DNA from: Paramecium tetraurelia
Lineage: Eukaryota
Direction: 5' to 3'
DNA: 64,000 bases
Assembly (NCBI GenBank): GCA_000165425.1
Contig: CT868652.1
Location: forward strand, 124,001-188,000
Shown: positions 17,999-31,194 of the stretch, in pieces
Layout of the letters: each line of letters begins with the position of its first letter
How positions within the stretch are numbered: the stretch's first letter is position 1
Program-made: the position numbers and the translations under genes
Notes under the pieces: model-generated
The model's database searches: none
What the model was told of the DNA's origin: nothing
What the model saw: only the letters and a program-made list of their open reading frames with translations

Positions 17999-18970
17999 TC
18001 AATTTAATCTGAAATATTGAATCTAATGGTATTGTTTTGTATGAACAGATAATTTTAAATCTATGAGATCTTCTGAAATAAATTTCATTGCCAAAGATCC
18101 TAAATTATGATTGTAAGTCTATTATACCTTTCAACTTATCCCCTTTGGAGGCAGGTATTTCTTCATTGAAGTAGAGAATGACTGGTTTCCAGAAGGGAGA
18201 CTTGGATGGACCCATGATGACATCGATTGGTAAGTGGGTGAAGGTGAATGAATATTTCATCCATATAATTACTCCTGTAACGAAGTCTTGTCGATTGATT
18301 TGAACTTGATAGGAGTTACTAAAGGACAGATCTTCGAGTGTGCATTTCATCAAGTCGACCTCATAAATTAAGACAGGATCACTATTTAATTAGTCTTATC
18401 TAATGCTTTCTAGTAGAGGCTCATGCTTGACCCATCGTTTCATCCACTTCATGTTAACTCCATAGACGGAATCCCTTATTATAGGGGTAGGAAAGCATAC
18501 CAAAATGTCAATTTTTATTCACGGTATTCTCCATCTTCAATTGACTGAAGTAACAATTAACCTTTGTCTGGCAAGATGAGTCCGTCTTTATTGAGGTATT
18601 TGTCTCTGGCTGCGATTAACTCCTGGATGTTTCCTCTGTAGAAGAGCAAGTTGCCCATCCAGGCAGAAATGATGATATCGACCTTGCATTCTAATTCAAC
18701 TTCCTTGATGGACTTTTTGTGTAGGGTGACGTTGTTGACGTTGTTCTATTCAATGATTTTTTGTGCATGATCGTGTGATTTCATGGCGAATACTTGTTTG
18801 GCACCGGATCTACTAAGAATCACAGGGATGAGGCCAAGCCCAGCATTGAGATCCAATATCACTTTGTCTTTGAAGAGATGTTTGTTGCGAGTGATTGCGT
18901 TGAGGAATGGCTGGATGCGATTTTAATCCTTGAGGATATCCTCGTCATTGAGAAAATTGTTACAATCCAT
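17999..18970 (-). CDS. Type I PRMT-fold protein (PRMT1/3-like) with degenerate catalytic motifs
   Basis: [93 protein letters not shown]. Intact frame with two short introns. Confidence 0.88.
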
Positions 18971-18980
18971 TTTAATTAAA

Positions 18981-19972
18981 ATGTCTGAATTTCCATGTGA
19001 TACTTGCGAAAAGCAATTCAAACTAAAAAGAACATTGGAAGCTCACAAAATGATACACACTGGAGAGAAACCCTACGAATGGTATAAAATAACTTATTTA
19101 AATATGGAAAAGTGCTCAGTGTCAACAACGCTTTAGACAATATTCCTCCCTACAAAAGCATCAAAGAACACACTCTGGAGCTAAACCATATGAGTGTGAG
19201 GAATGCAAATAGGCTTTCTCCCAAGTATATAAGTACCAGATTTTATTAGATCTCCAATTTGAAGAGACACTAACGCAAACATTCCAATGAAAAACCCTTC
19301 AAATGCGAGGAATGTGGAAAACAATTCATCACCAGTCAAAATTACTAACAACATAATTCAAAACATCAATAGGATCGAAAATAATATAAATGCGAAAGTG
19401 GCTGTGGCAAAACTTATTTTTATATGTGCAGTTTAAAGAAACATGAAAAGGAAATGCATCAGAAAAAAGAAAAACCCATATTCACCACTGAATCCTATAA
19501 TCAATAAATTAAAAACCTCAAGGATTTCTTCACATGCAACCATCCTCAAGTAATACACAAAAATCATGTTGATGTACTCTTCAATGGATGCCTGTACTAT
19601 TACAACGAAGGTAATAAAATATCATAACTAGAAAATCAAAAAATTGAATATCACGAGCTTGTTGATGGTGGCAAACTAGAATGCGACCCAGTCAAAGATC
19701 ATTAGCATTTCCAAAAGAATCAACAATTTGCATAGATCGATTGTTCACAATGTCCCCAAGAAGTCAATTGCTGTTTAGCCACAAACCAAGGCAACATCCA
19801 AGAATCAGAATATCCCCAATCCTATGTCTTACATTATCATGGCCCTAACTGCGGACACCCCATAGTCTTGCACAACGGCCACGTCGATTATCTAGTCAAT
19901 GAGATGCTTCATTACCCTCATGATGGACATTGCGATAACCACGGAATTCTGAATAGAATCACAGTATAATGA
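18981..19972 (+). CDS. C2H2 zinc-finger protein (5 fingers) with His/Cys-rich C-terminal domain
   Basis: Five fingers: [69 protein letters not shown]-terminus [38 protein letters not shown]. Three short introns. Confidence 0.9.
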
Positions 19973-19999
19973 GAACATTAATAATTATATAATTCAAAA

Positions 20000-22055
20000 A
20001 TGTCATTAAGAAGCGTTGTCGAAATCGTAACTCATGTCGAGAGTTTTAGAAACGTCGATCTCTACTACCAAGGTGTTTATTTCCTCAGAATCACTATCCA
20101 CAATGATGCCCCCCAAGATGTACACCCATCAATCCANNNNNNNNNNNNNNNNNNNNNNNNNNNNNNNNNNNNNNNNNNNNNNNNNNNNNNNNNNNNNNNN
20201 NNNNNNNNNNNNNNNNNNNNNNNNNNNNNNNNNNNNNNNNNNNNNNNNNNNNNNNNNNNNNNNNNNNNNNNNNNNNNNNNNNNNNNNNNNNNNNNNNNNN
20301 NNNNNNNNNNNNNNNNNNNNNNNNNNNNNNNNNNNNNNNNNNNNNNNNNNNNNNNNNNNNNNNNNNNNNNNNNNNNNNNNNNNNNNNNNNNNNNNNNNNN
20401 NNNNNNNNNNNNNNNNNNNNNNNNNNNNNNNNNNNNNNNNNNNNNNNNNNNNNNNNNNNNNNNNNNNNNNNNNNNNNNNNNNNNNNNNNNNNNNNNNNNN
20501 NNNNNNNNNNNNNNNNNNNNNNNNNNNNNNNNNNNNNNNNNNNNNNNNNNNNNNNNNNNNNNNNNNNNNNNNNNNNNNNNNNNNNNNNNNNNNNNNNNNN
20601 NNNNNNNNNNNNNNNNNNNNNNNNNNNNNNNNNNNNNNNNNNNNNNNNNNNNNNNNNNNNNNNNNNNNNNNNNNNNNNNNNNNNNNNNNNNNNNNNNNNN
20701 NNNNNNNNNNNNNNNNNNNNNNNNNNNNNNNNNNNNNNNNNNNNNNNNNNNNNNNNNNNNNNNNNNNNNNNNNNNNNNNNNNNNNNNNNNNNNNNNNNNN
20801 NNNNNNNNNNNNNNNNNNNNNNNNNNNNNNNNNNNNNNNNNNNNNNNNNNNNNNNNNNNNNNNNNNNNNNNNNNNNNNNNNNNNNNNNNNNNNNNNNNNN
20901 NNNNNNNNNNNNNNNNNNNNNNNNNNNNNNNNNNNNNNNNNNNNNNNNNNNNNNNNNNNNNNNNNNNAACAACCACCCCAATAATTATTAGACAAGAATT
21001 TGGGAGTAGAACATAGATAGAAAAGTGAGAAAATGAGATTAGAAACCAAAGTTCAAGAATTAGGAGTTGAAGATTTGAATTCATTTCCAAAAACAGATAC
21101 ACAACCAATCATCTTTGAAGAATTCACTCCCAGAGAAGATAAAGATAAAAATGAAGAAAATATAGTAGATGCAGACATAACCAATAGTGAATATGACATT
21201 ATGTCATATCGAGGCATTCATTTGATAGTACTGGTTCATGGTTTTCAAGGCAACTCATATGACATGAAATTATTTAAGAACTACATATCATTAGCACATC
21301 CTGAAGCCATGTTTTTGTGTTCATCAATAAATGAAGAAAACACTGAGGGCAACATCCAAGAAATGGGAGAAAAACTAGCTACTGAAGTCATCAATTTCAT
21401 ATCTGAAAATTGTCCAGAAAATACTTTAGGTAGATTAAGCTTTATTGGACATTCATTAGGAGGAGTTATAATCAGAGCTTCCTTACCCTATCTAGATAAA
21501 TACTAAGATAAGATGTACACTTACATTAGTCTTTCATCTCCACAATTAGGATACTATTATAATGCTAGTAAGATTGTTGATGCTGGCATGTGGGTATTGA
21601 AGTAATGGAGAAAAAGCAAATGTTTAGAATAGTTACAAATGACTGATAATAGAAATATTGAAGAAACATGTCTCTAAAAACTTGCCTTGGCTAAAGGATT
21701 CGCTTGGTTTAAAAATGTCTGCTTTTTCAGTTGCATCTAAGACAGTTATGCTCCTTATGATTCTGCCAGAGTACAACTCTCAAAAGAGGCCCTTGAAGAT
21801 TAGTATTCATATATATGTTATAAATTTAAGGAAGAATAAACCATACGTTTAGATGGTCAAAGCATTATTGAGGCATCTTGAAAACACAAATGTTTATAGA
21901 ATTGATGTCAATTTTGAGATTTAAGAAAAGTATTTATTTCCATCAAATATAGAAACCTTGATACACTGATAGGCAGAACTGCGCATATTCAATTCTTAGA
22001 ATGTTAACCCCTATTAAGAATGATTGTCAGTCTATATGATCAATTCTTCTGTTGA
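20000..22055 (+). CDS. FAM135-like protein with C-terminal DUF676 alpha/beta-hydrolase (interrupted by an assembly gap)
   Basis: N-terminus VESFRNVDLYYQGVYFLRI. C-terminus HLIVLVHGFQGNSYDM, RLSFIGHSLGGVIIR, QDSYAP, LIGRTAHIQFL. Confidence 0.85.
20137..20967. other. Assembly gap (N run)
   Basis: 831 N bases. Confidence 1.
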
Positions 22056-22147
22056 AAATTTGATAATTTATTAATTGTTAAATTCAAAGCTAATACTAGA
22101 TAGTATATAATGACATCAGTCTTAATTAATAATTCGTATTAATCTTA

Positions 22148-23114
22148 ATGTAAAGAATTCAAGCACTTTCCAACTAGTTCAATCCTACTATTGCTCCCCC
22201 TGCTGGCAATGTTACTTATCCATGGGTTATGAAATACCCAGATTTCTTCCCTTTTGAATAGGTAGGCAATCTTAAAGGCAAAACCGTCATAATTAGTGGA
22301 GGATCAAGAGTATATCCAAATCTTATTTGCTTAGGGCATTGGATTGGCTATTGGAATTAGAGCTGCCAAAGATGGTGCTAATGTTGTCATACTTGCCAAA
22401 ACAGTAGACCCACATCCTAAGTTACCAGGTACAATTGCATCTGCTTGTGCTGAAATTGAAAAAGCAGGAGGTAAGGCATTGGGAATTCAATGTGATATCA
22501 GATTTGAAAAGGATATTTAAGCTGCTGTATAAAAAACTGTTGAAACCTTTGGTGGAATTGACATAGTTGTGAATAGTGCTAGTGCAATATCACTTACAGA
22601 TACAGAATCTACAGACATGAAGAAATATGACTTAATGCATCAAATCAATACTAGAGGAACGTATTTAATGAGCAAGACTTGTATTCCTTATCTTAAGAAA
22701 TCCTCTAATCCTCATATTCTCAATTTATCACCTCCTCTAAGTATGTAATCCAAATGGTTTGCCCCACACATTGCATATACTATGGCTAAATATGGAATGA
22801 GTATGTGTGTCTTAGGGATGAGTGAAGAATTCCGAAATTAAATTGGAGTGAATGCCTTATGGCCAAGAACTTCAATTGCAACAGCTGCAGTTCAAAATGT
22901 TTTAGGTGGGGACTCTATGATGTAAGCATCTAGAAATGTGGAAATTATGGCTGATTCTGCACATGTTATATTAACAAGTTGTCACAAAAAGACTACAGGA
23001 AACTTTTTCATTGATGACGAAGTCTTAGCGAGTGTTGGAGTCAAAGATTTTAGTATATACAGATGTGATCCAAAGTTCTCGGATTCATAATTAGCACCTG
23101 ATTTTTTTATTTGA
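22148..23114 (+). CDS. HSDL2: HSDL2-like short-chain dehydrogenase with N-terminal PTS2-like signal and no SCP2 domain
   Basis: LKGKTVIISGGSRGIGLAI, AKTVDPHPKLPGTI, NPHILNLSPPL, AYTMAKYGMS, VNALWPRT, TGNFFIDDEVL, ending PDFFI*. One intron. Confidence 0.9.
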
Positions 23115-23394
23115 GAAAATTAAACAATATTAACAATCAATAATTTTCTTTATTTTATAAAATGAGTTGAAAAAATCTTATATGATACATCATTTATATA
23201 TTAGAATTAAAAAGTATTAATTAAAGAAAATATCTATTTATGATTATAAATAAAGATATAATTTTTAGTATCAAGTTAATTAAATATTAAATCAATGGAT
23301 TCTAAAATAATAATATCCTTATTTTTTGTCAGCATAACATATAAAATAAAGATATTCTACAATTCAATTATTTTAATCAATATATTAATTTATT

Positions 23395-24292
23395 TCAACA
23401 CTTTATTTCTTTCTTTGAACTCAGTATTTTATTGCGAACATGAATACCAGAGAATGTCTTTAAATAACAAGTTTAAATCATTCTTTTAGAGAAGGTTCTT
23501 TGAGTCAATACTTGAATGTCCTGTTTTATATTCTAATTTGATTTTCCTCTTCTGGGACTACTATTTTTTGATGAATAGTCAAATGTTTCTAGGTTAGGGG
23601 CTGATGACCTCAGTGATATGGGTCTCAGGAATAATTGGGTTGAATCTGTTTAGAGATGATTTGTCCTTTTTTAAGGGGACTTTTCCCAAAGATATGGTCT
23701 CAAATTAATGGAGGGAGTGCAAATTAATTTGAAATTAGAGTTAAATTTCTTTTAATTTGGACTTTCAATCTTGGATCTGAGTTTATGGGGGCTAGTATCT
23801 GGAATTGAAAGGAGAGTTGTAGTAGACTTTAATGATTTAGTTGAAACTGTAAGTAAAGATTATTATTTTTGTTGTAAATATGAACTAGACCACAAATCTT
23901 AGGTGAGTTTCTCTGATTTCAGTTATAAATTATGAAATTTATTCATTTTATATGATTGTTTCCCACATTCATTACAATGACAACTAAGTCTCCTTTGATT
24001 ATGCTCATTTACTTCATACATCTTATCTCTAATCATTCTCTGCTTTTATTGTCTCTTATCCCTCTAAATGAGTTTATCTATCAACAAAGTTCGATGATGA
24101 AAGAGTAGTCTTCTTGATTTTTCTTAGTTCTCCGTTTTGATTGTAGTAGCTTATGAAACTCGAGATTTAGGTGCTTCCACAAATTAGTAATAATGTGATG
24201 CATTTAAACTCCGAGCTTGGTAAGCTATAAAATATCATACCTCTTAACCTTCCCTCTATAGAACAACTCTAACTAAAGGCTTTTGTTTTCAT
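23395..24292 (-). CDS. Hypothetical basic protein with RRLSCHCNECG motif
   Basis: Continuous code-6 frame from MKTKAFSQSCSIEGRLR with one intron to TGA. No recognised domain. Confidence 0.6.
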
Positions 24293-24333
24293 CTAAAGTC
24301 CCGATTAATATTATATTTATATTATCTCAATTT

Positions 24334-24949
24334 ATGGATATTGTATGCAAAATTGCAGCACTAAATTCTCATGGCAAATCATCAAGTATCTCAAACATGA
24401 TGGTAAGCCCTTATTCAACGAATACTCCATAAACTTGTCGGTCTGTTTTATAATTTATTCCAATGATCCAATCATCTGTTAAAAAATAAGAAATGAAAAA
24501 ATTTATTTTAAAGCAGAGAAGAGAATATGATAAAAAAAAACAAATCGTAGAATCAGGCTAATTAACTTAAAGGGGCATGGCCAAATATCTCAAACCAAAT
24601 AGTAAATCAATATATCATTAAAGGGTTGAAATGGTAAAAAAATGAATTAAGACTTTGTAATACAATAATAGAGACAAAATTAAAAATTGCTGATTTAATA
24701 TTGAATACAAAAGGAGGATAATCTAGAAAGGATACATTAATAGAAAGGATCTAAACTCAGATTGAAAGCCCTAGATAAATTTTCAGCTAGAAAAAAATTA
24801 AGAGTGAACATAATGTATAACAATTCATAGATAGAATAAAGTCTTAATCTATCCCTTTTAAATTAAGATCAGATGCTTAATCTCCCTCGAAAATTAATCA
24901 ATCTCAAAAAATAATCTAAAATGTTAAAACTATATGTAAAACAGAATGA
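24334..24949 (+). CDS. Hypothetical protein
   Basis: Frame MDIVCKIAALNSHGK...ICKTE* with one canonical 22-nt intron. Confidence 0.5.
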
Positions 24950-25693
24950 TTTTTATTAATCAATATTATTATTAATTGTTTTAATTTTTGTAATTTATTT
25001 TTCATCAATTTTGTAACTGCATCCATACATACTTCTTGTATTTATTTCTCTAAATTTTCATAATTTTCTGCTCTTAAGATTAATTTTTCTAAGATTTATC
25101 CAGCCTTAGCAAGATTATCCTCCTCAAAATTTTTAGTCCTAATTAACTTCATCTTCTTCAATTAAATTTGTACCCATTTCTTTTTTAAAAATAACTTAAT
25201 TCTTATGTGAATTAAATATCTTAATTATTTGACTAGCAATTGTTATTAATTTCTTTAGGATTAATATTACATAATGATACAATACATTAAAAATTTCTCC
25301 AAAATGAGCATTTATGTAGGAGATATTGAATTCATTCTTCCCTGAAGACTGAGTGTTAGGTTGCTACCAGTGATAATTATTGTATGTTGAATTACATGTT
25401 TTCCCTTAACATTTATTTTATTCCATTTAGTTAAACTTCGTATCATCATACATCTAGAAAATGTTTATAAGATTTCAATCTTTCAGAATTTACTAGATTA
25501 TAAAATATTTCCCATACTATCTAACAACTTTTATTAATTTTCTTACGCAAGTACTTATTCATTTCATTTTATTATTTCATTAAACTTGATGATTAGGGAA
25601 TTCTTACTTCAATAATATTTATGTAATTACCAAAAATCAATTTAATCAAATAATAAATTAGAGATTCAAGCAATTCACTTAACAAATAATATA

Positions 25694-28600
25694 ATGAATT
25701 AAAATTTTTTCGACAATGCTAACCAAAAATAAGTATTGTATTTTATTTATCAATTTAGCAACTTTATAAAGCATTATCAAAATATAATGGTCCAACTACT
25801 TCAACTCCAAGCATTTTGTCAGAATATTTATCATCTGCAAAAACATAAACATCAAATAATAAAAACAACTCTAATAGAGTGAAGCCTTTACTCAGTCCAT
25901 AAAATATTTCAAAGCCTATCTAAAATGATTCATTAAGAATTAAAACTTCTACTCTTCACTTTCCTTAAAAACAACCGGTTTCCCATCACATCAAAAGTCT
26001 TTCCTCAGATATCAAGCAGCAACCACAACCTCCAATTAGAAGGAGAGGAAGACAGGAAAGAATGATATTTCAATCGGATTCCTAGCAAGCTCCATTCTTG
26101 ATCATACAAAATAAAGTCAGAGATTCAAGAAGAATGGATACTGTCAGAAAGAGTACCTTGCCCTCATTGCAGCTGGAATCACAAAGAAGCATCTAAATTA
26201 CAAGTCCGAGAATAACAGACATCCCTTTGGTGCCAATTCAATAAGTAACCGAAATTTAAGATTCAAAAAGCCAACTTTTTTAAGAAGCAGATAAATTTTA
26301 TATGGATGAAGTAAATAATGCAGATGATAATGAATTTGTAAATGAAGACAAAAAAGCATCAGATCTTTTCAATATATTATAACGAAAGGTTAGTATCACT
26401 GAGCCAAATGAATTGAATGAACTTAAAAATCAAAATGAAAATTAGGAAGAGGTCTTTTAGACTGAAAGAGAAGTCAATTTTGATGACGATGAATTATAAT
26501 CATCGAGAGCAATGAAAAAATTAAGCGTAAAGATGAAATTCAAAAATGCTGTATCCCAGTAAGTTTAGAATATGTTTAAACATAGAGAAGTAATATTTTT
26601 ATTAAAAATAGTTAAAATCATTGTTTACAGTCATCATCTCACCTGAATTCAGTTCAAAACATGAAGAGGAAAGGTAGAAAATTAGTGATTAATACGAATA
26701 AGGAAACTTTATATTAGCAAAAAATATGTAAACCCGCAAAAAATCCAATAATATTGAATCTAGATAAAGCATTAAATGCATCAAAGACAAATATGTTTTT
26801 AAACATAGTCACAAAATAAACACTATTGTTTAGAGTCAATTACAAAAATTAAATACAACAAACAAAGCATTTTAAAGAAAAATATCAATGATCAAGGGCA
26901 CACAATGGACTACTAAAGAATGTGACTATCCATAATAATAGTAATTTTCCTTATTAAACAAATTTAAAAAGTAATCTGTCTATTCAAATCAGATTGGTTA
27001 AGGATAAGTAATACAAAATAATTATGAATAAATTTTACCGAATTTAATGGATGATGCTAATAAAATAATTATTACAATTACTAATCCTATATTGTAAAAT
27101 ACAATTTTGGAATTTAACAAGCCTAAATTTATTGTTCATATGGATACTATTATTGATGAATAAGTAATTCAACCAATTTCCCCACCTAAAAAAGCCATTC
27201 AGCATTCCTCCTCATTACATTCATCTTTTAAATTGTAAAAAATATAAAATTCAGCCTCTTAATCAGTTATTATTAATAAAGATCATATTTCTAATCACAA
27301 TGTGTATAATAGTATTTTGAATACGAATACTATTGAAGATAACAGCAATTTGGATTTTAATTAAGAATATTCTAAAGTAAGAAATTAAAATTAATAATTA
27401 GTCAAATTTATATGTGAGACTCTATTATCAAAATAGATTACATAAAATACCACAAAAGATATCTTATACTTAGCATAATTTAAAAGAGATTGAAGATATA
27501 TTTTACTAATATGTCTCAATGATAACTGGTTCTTAAATGTAAATCTTGTTTTTAGGATTAGTTCTTTTTAAACAAGCCGTAATTTTACGAAATAAATTAA
27601 GAGCATAGAAAAATCAAATTTAGTTTAAGAATCACAAATATTTTTTGAGAAATATGATATTCCCTAGTTACGAAAACAGTTCTCGTTTGACTTTGAAAAT
27701 TCAATTAGTCTTCTATCTAGTTAATCAGATTAGAGTAATTCATTTGATCAAATTTTAGAGGGACCAAATAGCAGTAATTGATTTCATAAAACTAGATTAG
27801 GACTTTAAGTTGATCAAAAACATGAAAGTAAAATGAAAAACATTATACAATCGATGAAAAATTTAAGTGATGACTCTGAATCATAGATCTTCGTTGAGGA
27901 TGTTGTAAAAAATCAAATATGTAAATCTCCAAATTAATTTAGAAATTTCAACTGGATTATTAAACACAATCAAGAAGGTGAAGAATAAATTTCATTGTCC
28001 GTTAAATGCATAAGTCATAATAAGTGTTTTAGATTAGAGTACTAAGAATGATCTATTGACATTCCAAATGATGGAATAATCTGAGGAACAGATTCAGCAA
28101 TTTATTCATGGAGATTGCGACACTAATGCATTAACAAACTTAGACTCTTTCTATTTATAAAGAAAACTGAGAAATATGATACTGAATGGCATCGAAATGA
28201 GATATGAAAAGATACTCATCGGCAGATATTAGAATTAATAAAGAATGATTGATCCAGAACATTCTGATCTTGTGTAATCAACTATTCTTGAAGCTCCATA
28301 ACATCTTATTTCTTCTTCTTAACAATCTCAATAATCTCAATAATCTTCGGAATACTAACTGCTTCAAAAACAAAAGCTAATCAGTCTCAAATAGCAGGGC
28401 AGAAGCAGAAATTTATAAAGAGATAGTTTGACTGTTATCGTCAAACCTAAACTCAATTCCAAACATACTATCAATTCCCCTGATGTAACCAATGTCCATA
28501 GCAAACCCACATCTTAATATACAAATCAATTAACTTACAATGTCTTCTCAAGCTTCAACATAATATCTTACAAAGCCTACCAATCAATCATAATAATCTG

Positions 28601-29372
28601 TCAAAGTCTCAAGCGTGTAAAATCTAGAGGAAAATTTGTCCCAATTGGAGATAAGTCCACAATCATCCTTGAAGTCGATAAAATCTAAATCCGCCATGGA
28701 TTCCTCACATATTATATCTTAGACTAATCCTCCTAAGATGTAGAAAAGTCAAAAAATCAAAGATTTAGTCAAAGTGTCTCAAGAAAAATTGACCCTTCCT
28801 CATTAGCAAATTTAATAAAAGGAGGAATTAATTCCTTCCAAATAATAATAAAAGTCATTTAATGGTTCATTGCTTTAATAACCCATTATGGAAAATAAAG
28901 TATATATCCTTCTTTAAGTTTAGTCTTTGAGTATGTTTTCCTATTCATTACGAATGAGAAACCAAGCTTTAGGCCATAACAGAAGATAAAACCTCGATCA
29001 ATTCAAAATATTAGAATAACTTATTTATGATAATGATTTTCAAGAAGTAATAATTATCTATTAAGAATAGTTCTCTGAACATCTGTAATAGGTGCCACAA
29101 ATGTATATAGACCGAAGATTAGAGAACAATGACACTTTATTGATTTTGGCTTCCAAAAGTGGATGTAAAGATATGGTTAAAGAACTAATTAAGATGGGAG
29201 CAGACATTAACATTTAAAATGTATTTTTTTACTTAAGCAGGATGATGGAAATACGGCTGTCCATGTAGCTCTATCATATGGCCATTATAAAATTGCAGAC
29301 ATACTCATTAGAGCAGGAGCCAACACTAATATTCTAAATAATATTGGTAAAAATGCTTGGAGTATATTATGA
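25694..29372 (+). CDS. Large low-complexity protein with C-terminal ankyrin repeats
   Basis: C-terminal NDTLLILASKSGCKDMVKELIKMGADINIQNDDGNTAVHVALSYGHYKIADILIRAGANTNILNNIGKNAW. The long S/N/Q-rich upstream frame was only partly traced. Confidence 0.7.
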
Positions 29373-29388
29373 TGAATAATCTCTACTA

Positions 29389-30204
29389 TCAAATTCGTTT
29401 TATCTACTAACTTTATGTATGCAAAAAATCTTTATAGGAGATTGGTTTGTCTCCTCTGACTTCTGAATTACAAACATTGAGTGTAAATGTATAATCAGAA
29501 CCACTTATTGAAGGTCTTGGTGATTATGAACTCTCTTCTTTTAGAATAAGCAATCCTTGTATTTATTTTTTGAGTAATTCCACTTCTTAATTTAATGAAT
29601 TAATTTTTTCATCTCTTTATTTGTTCTCTTAAACTATTAAATCGACTTTTTTTTATAGTTATTCTTTCTCATTTAGAGTTTGAGTGTATAGTTTCTTGTA
29701 ATCTTATCTATTCTCATACAAGTATTCATGATTTTCATCATCTTCTGTCAATAAATTCTTATATTTCAATGTCATATTATTTCTACAATCTTGTTTGTTC
29801 TATAGATTTATGATTTTATGCTCTAACTAATTCAAACCCTATTTGGCTTCGTTAATCATGATTCCAAACTTTTTTCGATCGTTTTCATCTTGAACTGTCC
29901 TAAGCATTGGCGATGTACTTTTTCTGGTCTATTAATCACGTTAAGCATCCAAATATTTAAGCAGCCCATTGATGTTGTCAAATCCTTATTTTTTAAAAAG
30001 GGAATATAACTAATTTATGGTCTTCTCATCTGGCTTTGATTTTTGATTAGACTCTGCATATGATGAATTGGATGAATATACAGCTGACTATCTTTTAGAT
30101 GAGCCTTAAGATATACTAGTAATTGTACATGAAGAAATATAAGGACTATTGCATCGAGTTTTGTTGGTTCTATTCAATATGTCTTGGAAAGGGACAGAAT
30201 TCAT
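29389..30204 (-). CDS. Hypothetical coiled-coil protein
   Basis: Intronless code-6 ORF MNSVPFQDILNRT...QIKRI* with a heptad-like E/K/Q-rich segment. Confidence 0.65.
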
Positions 30205-31022
30205 GTTAACTGATAAATTAATAATAATTTTATGAGAAATTTAGTATATTTATTCTTATATAGAATAATTGTGATATTTGACTACTCTGATTAAACTTCA
30301 TAAACTCAAGGTTAAGATCTATTTTAATTGATTAGAAGTATGTCATACCAAGAAAGTGTTTTTATTCTATAAAAGAAGTTAGTAAAATTTAATAAAATTG
30401 TTGATTAGTTTATATATAAAGACCCCATATAACATTCAAATTTTAATATTTCTTTTTATTGAAATAATAACCACCTTATCAGGCATAATAACTCTATCAG
30501 GATAATTATTTTATAATATATATATAAATAGTATATTTTTACTTTATTACTGTTTTTTTGGAGCCACATCATATTCAAATAACTCTGACCACTCAAGCTT
30601 ATTTTAAGAATATAGTTTTTGTTCGAAAAGGATTTGTATTAATGAATGTATGCATTATAGAAGAAATAGAAGTAAATAAATAAATGAACATCCATTTCCC
30701 TGAATTTGATTAAAAGTTGCAAAGAAATGAATTGTTTAATAAATTTAATATGAGTATTTATAGCTCAAAAGGTGGTTATATAATCTTAAGAATAATCAAT
30801 TTAATTAATTATTTTAAATGAATGAGTCTCAATTAAAAATAAATGATAAGTATTTGATAAATGAATTCGAAGATTATTAAAATCATTACACTCCATTTAT
30901 TTGATCTTTATAAGTTTGAATTAAAAAGAGAAAATGATTTTAGGAAATATGATCAAATTCTTGATTAATAATAAATTGTTAATAGAAAATAGTTAATTGA
31001 ACATTTTATTCTTACCAATATC

Positions 31023-31194
31023 NNNNNNNNNNNNNNNNNNNNNNNNNNNNNNNNNNNNNNNNNNNNNNNNNNNNNNNNNNNNNNNNNNNNNNNNNNNNNN
31101 NNNNNNNNNNNNNNNNNNNNNNNNNNNNNNNNNNNNNNNNNNNNNNNNNNNNNNNNNNNNNNNNNNNNNNNNNNNNNNNNNNNNNNNNNNNNNN
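31023..31194. other. Assembly gap (N run)
   Basis: 172 N bases. Confidence 1.

Noticed and set aside
20000..21108. Long X-filled ORFs on both strands
   Set aside because: Artefacts of the N gap. The same applies to 30965-31254.
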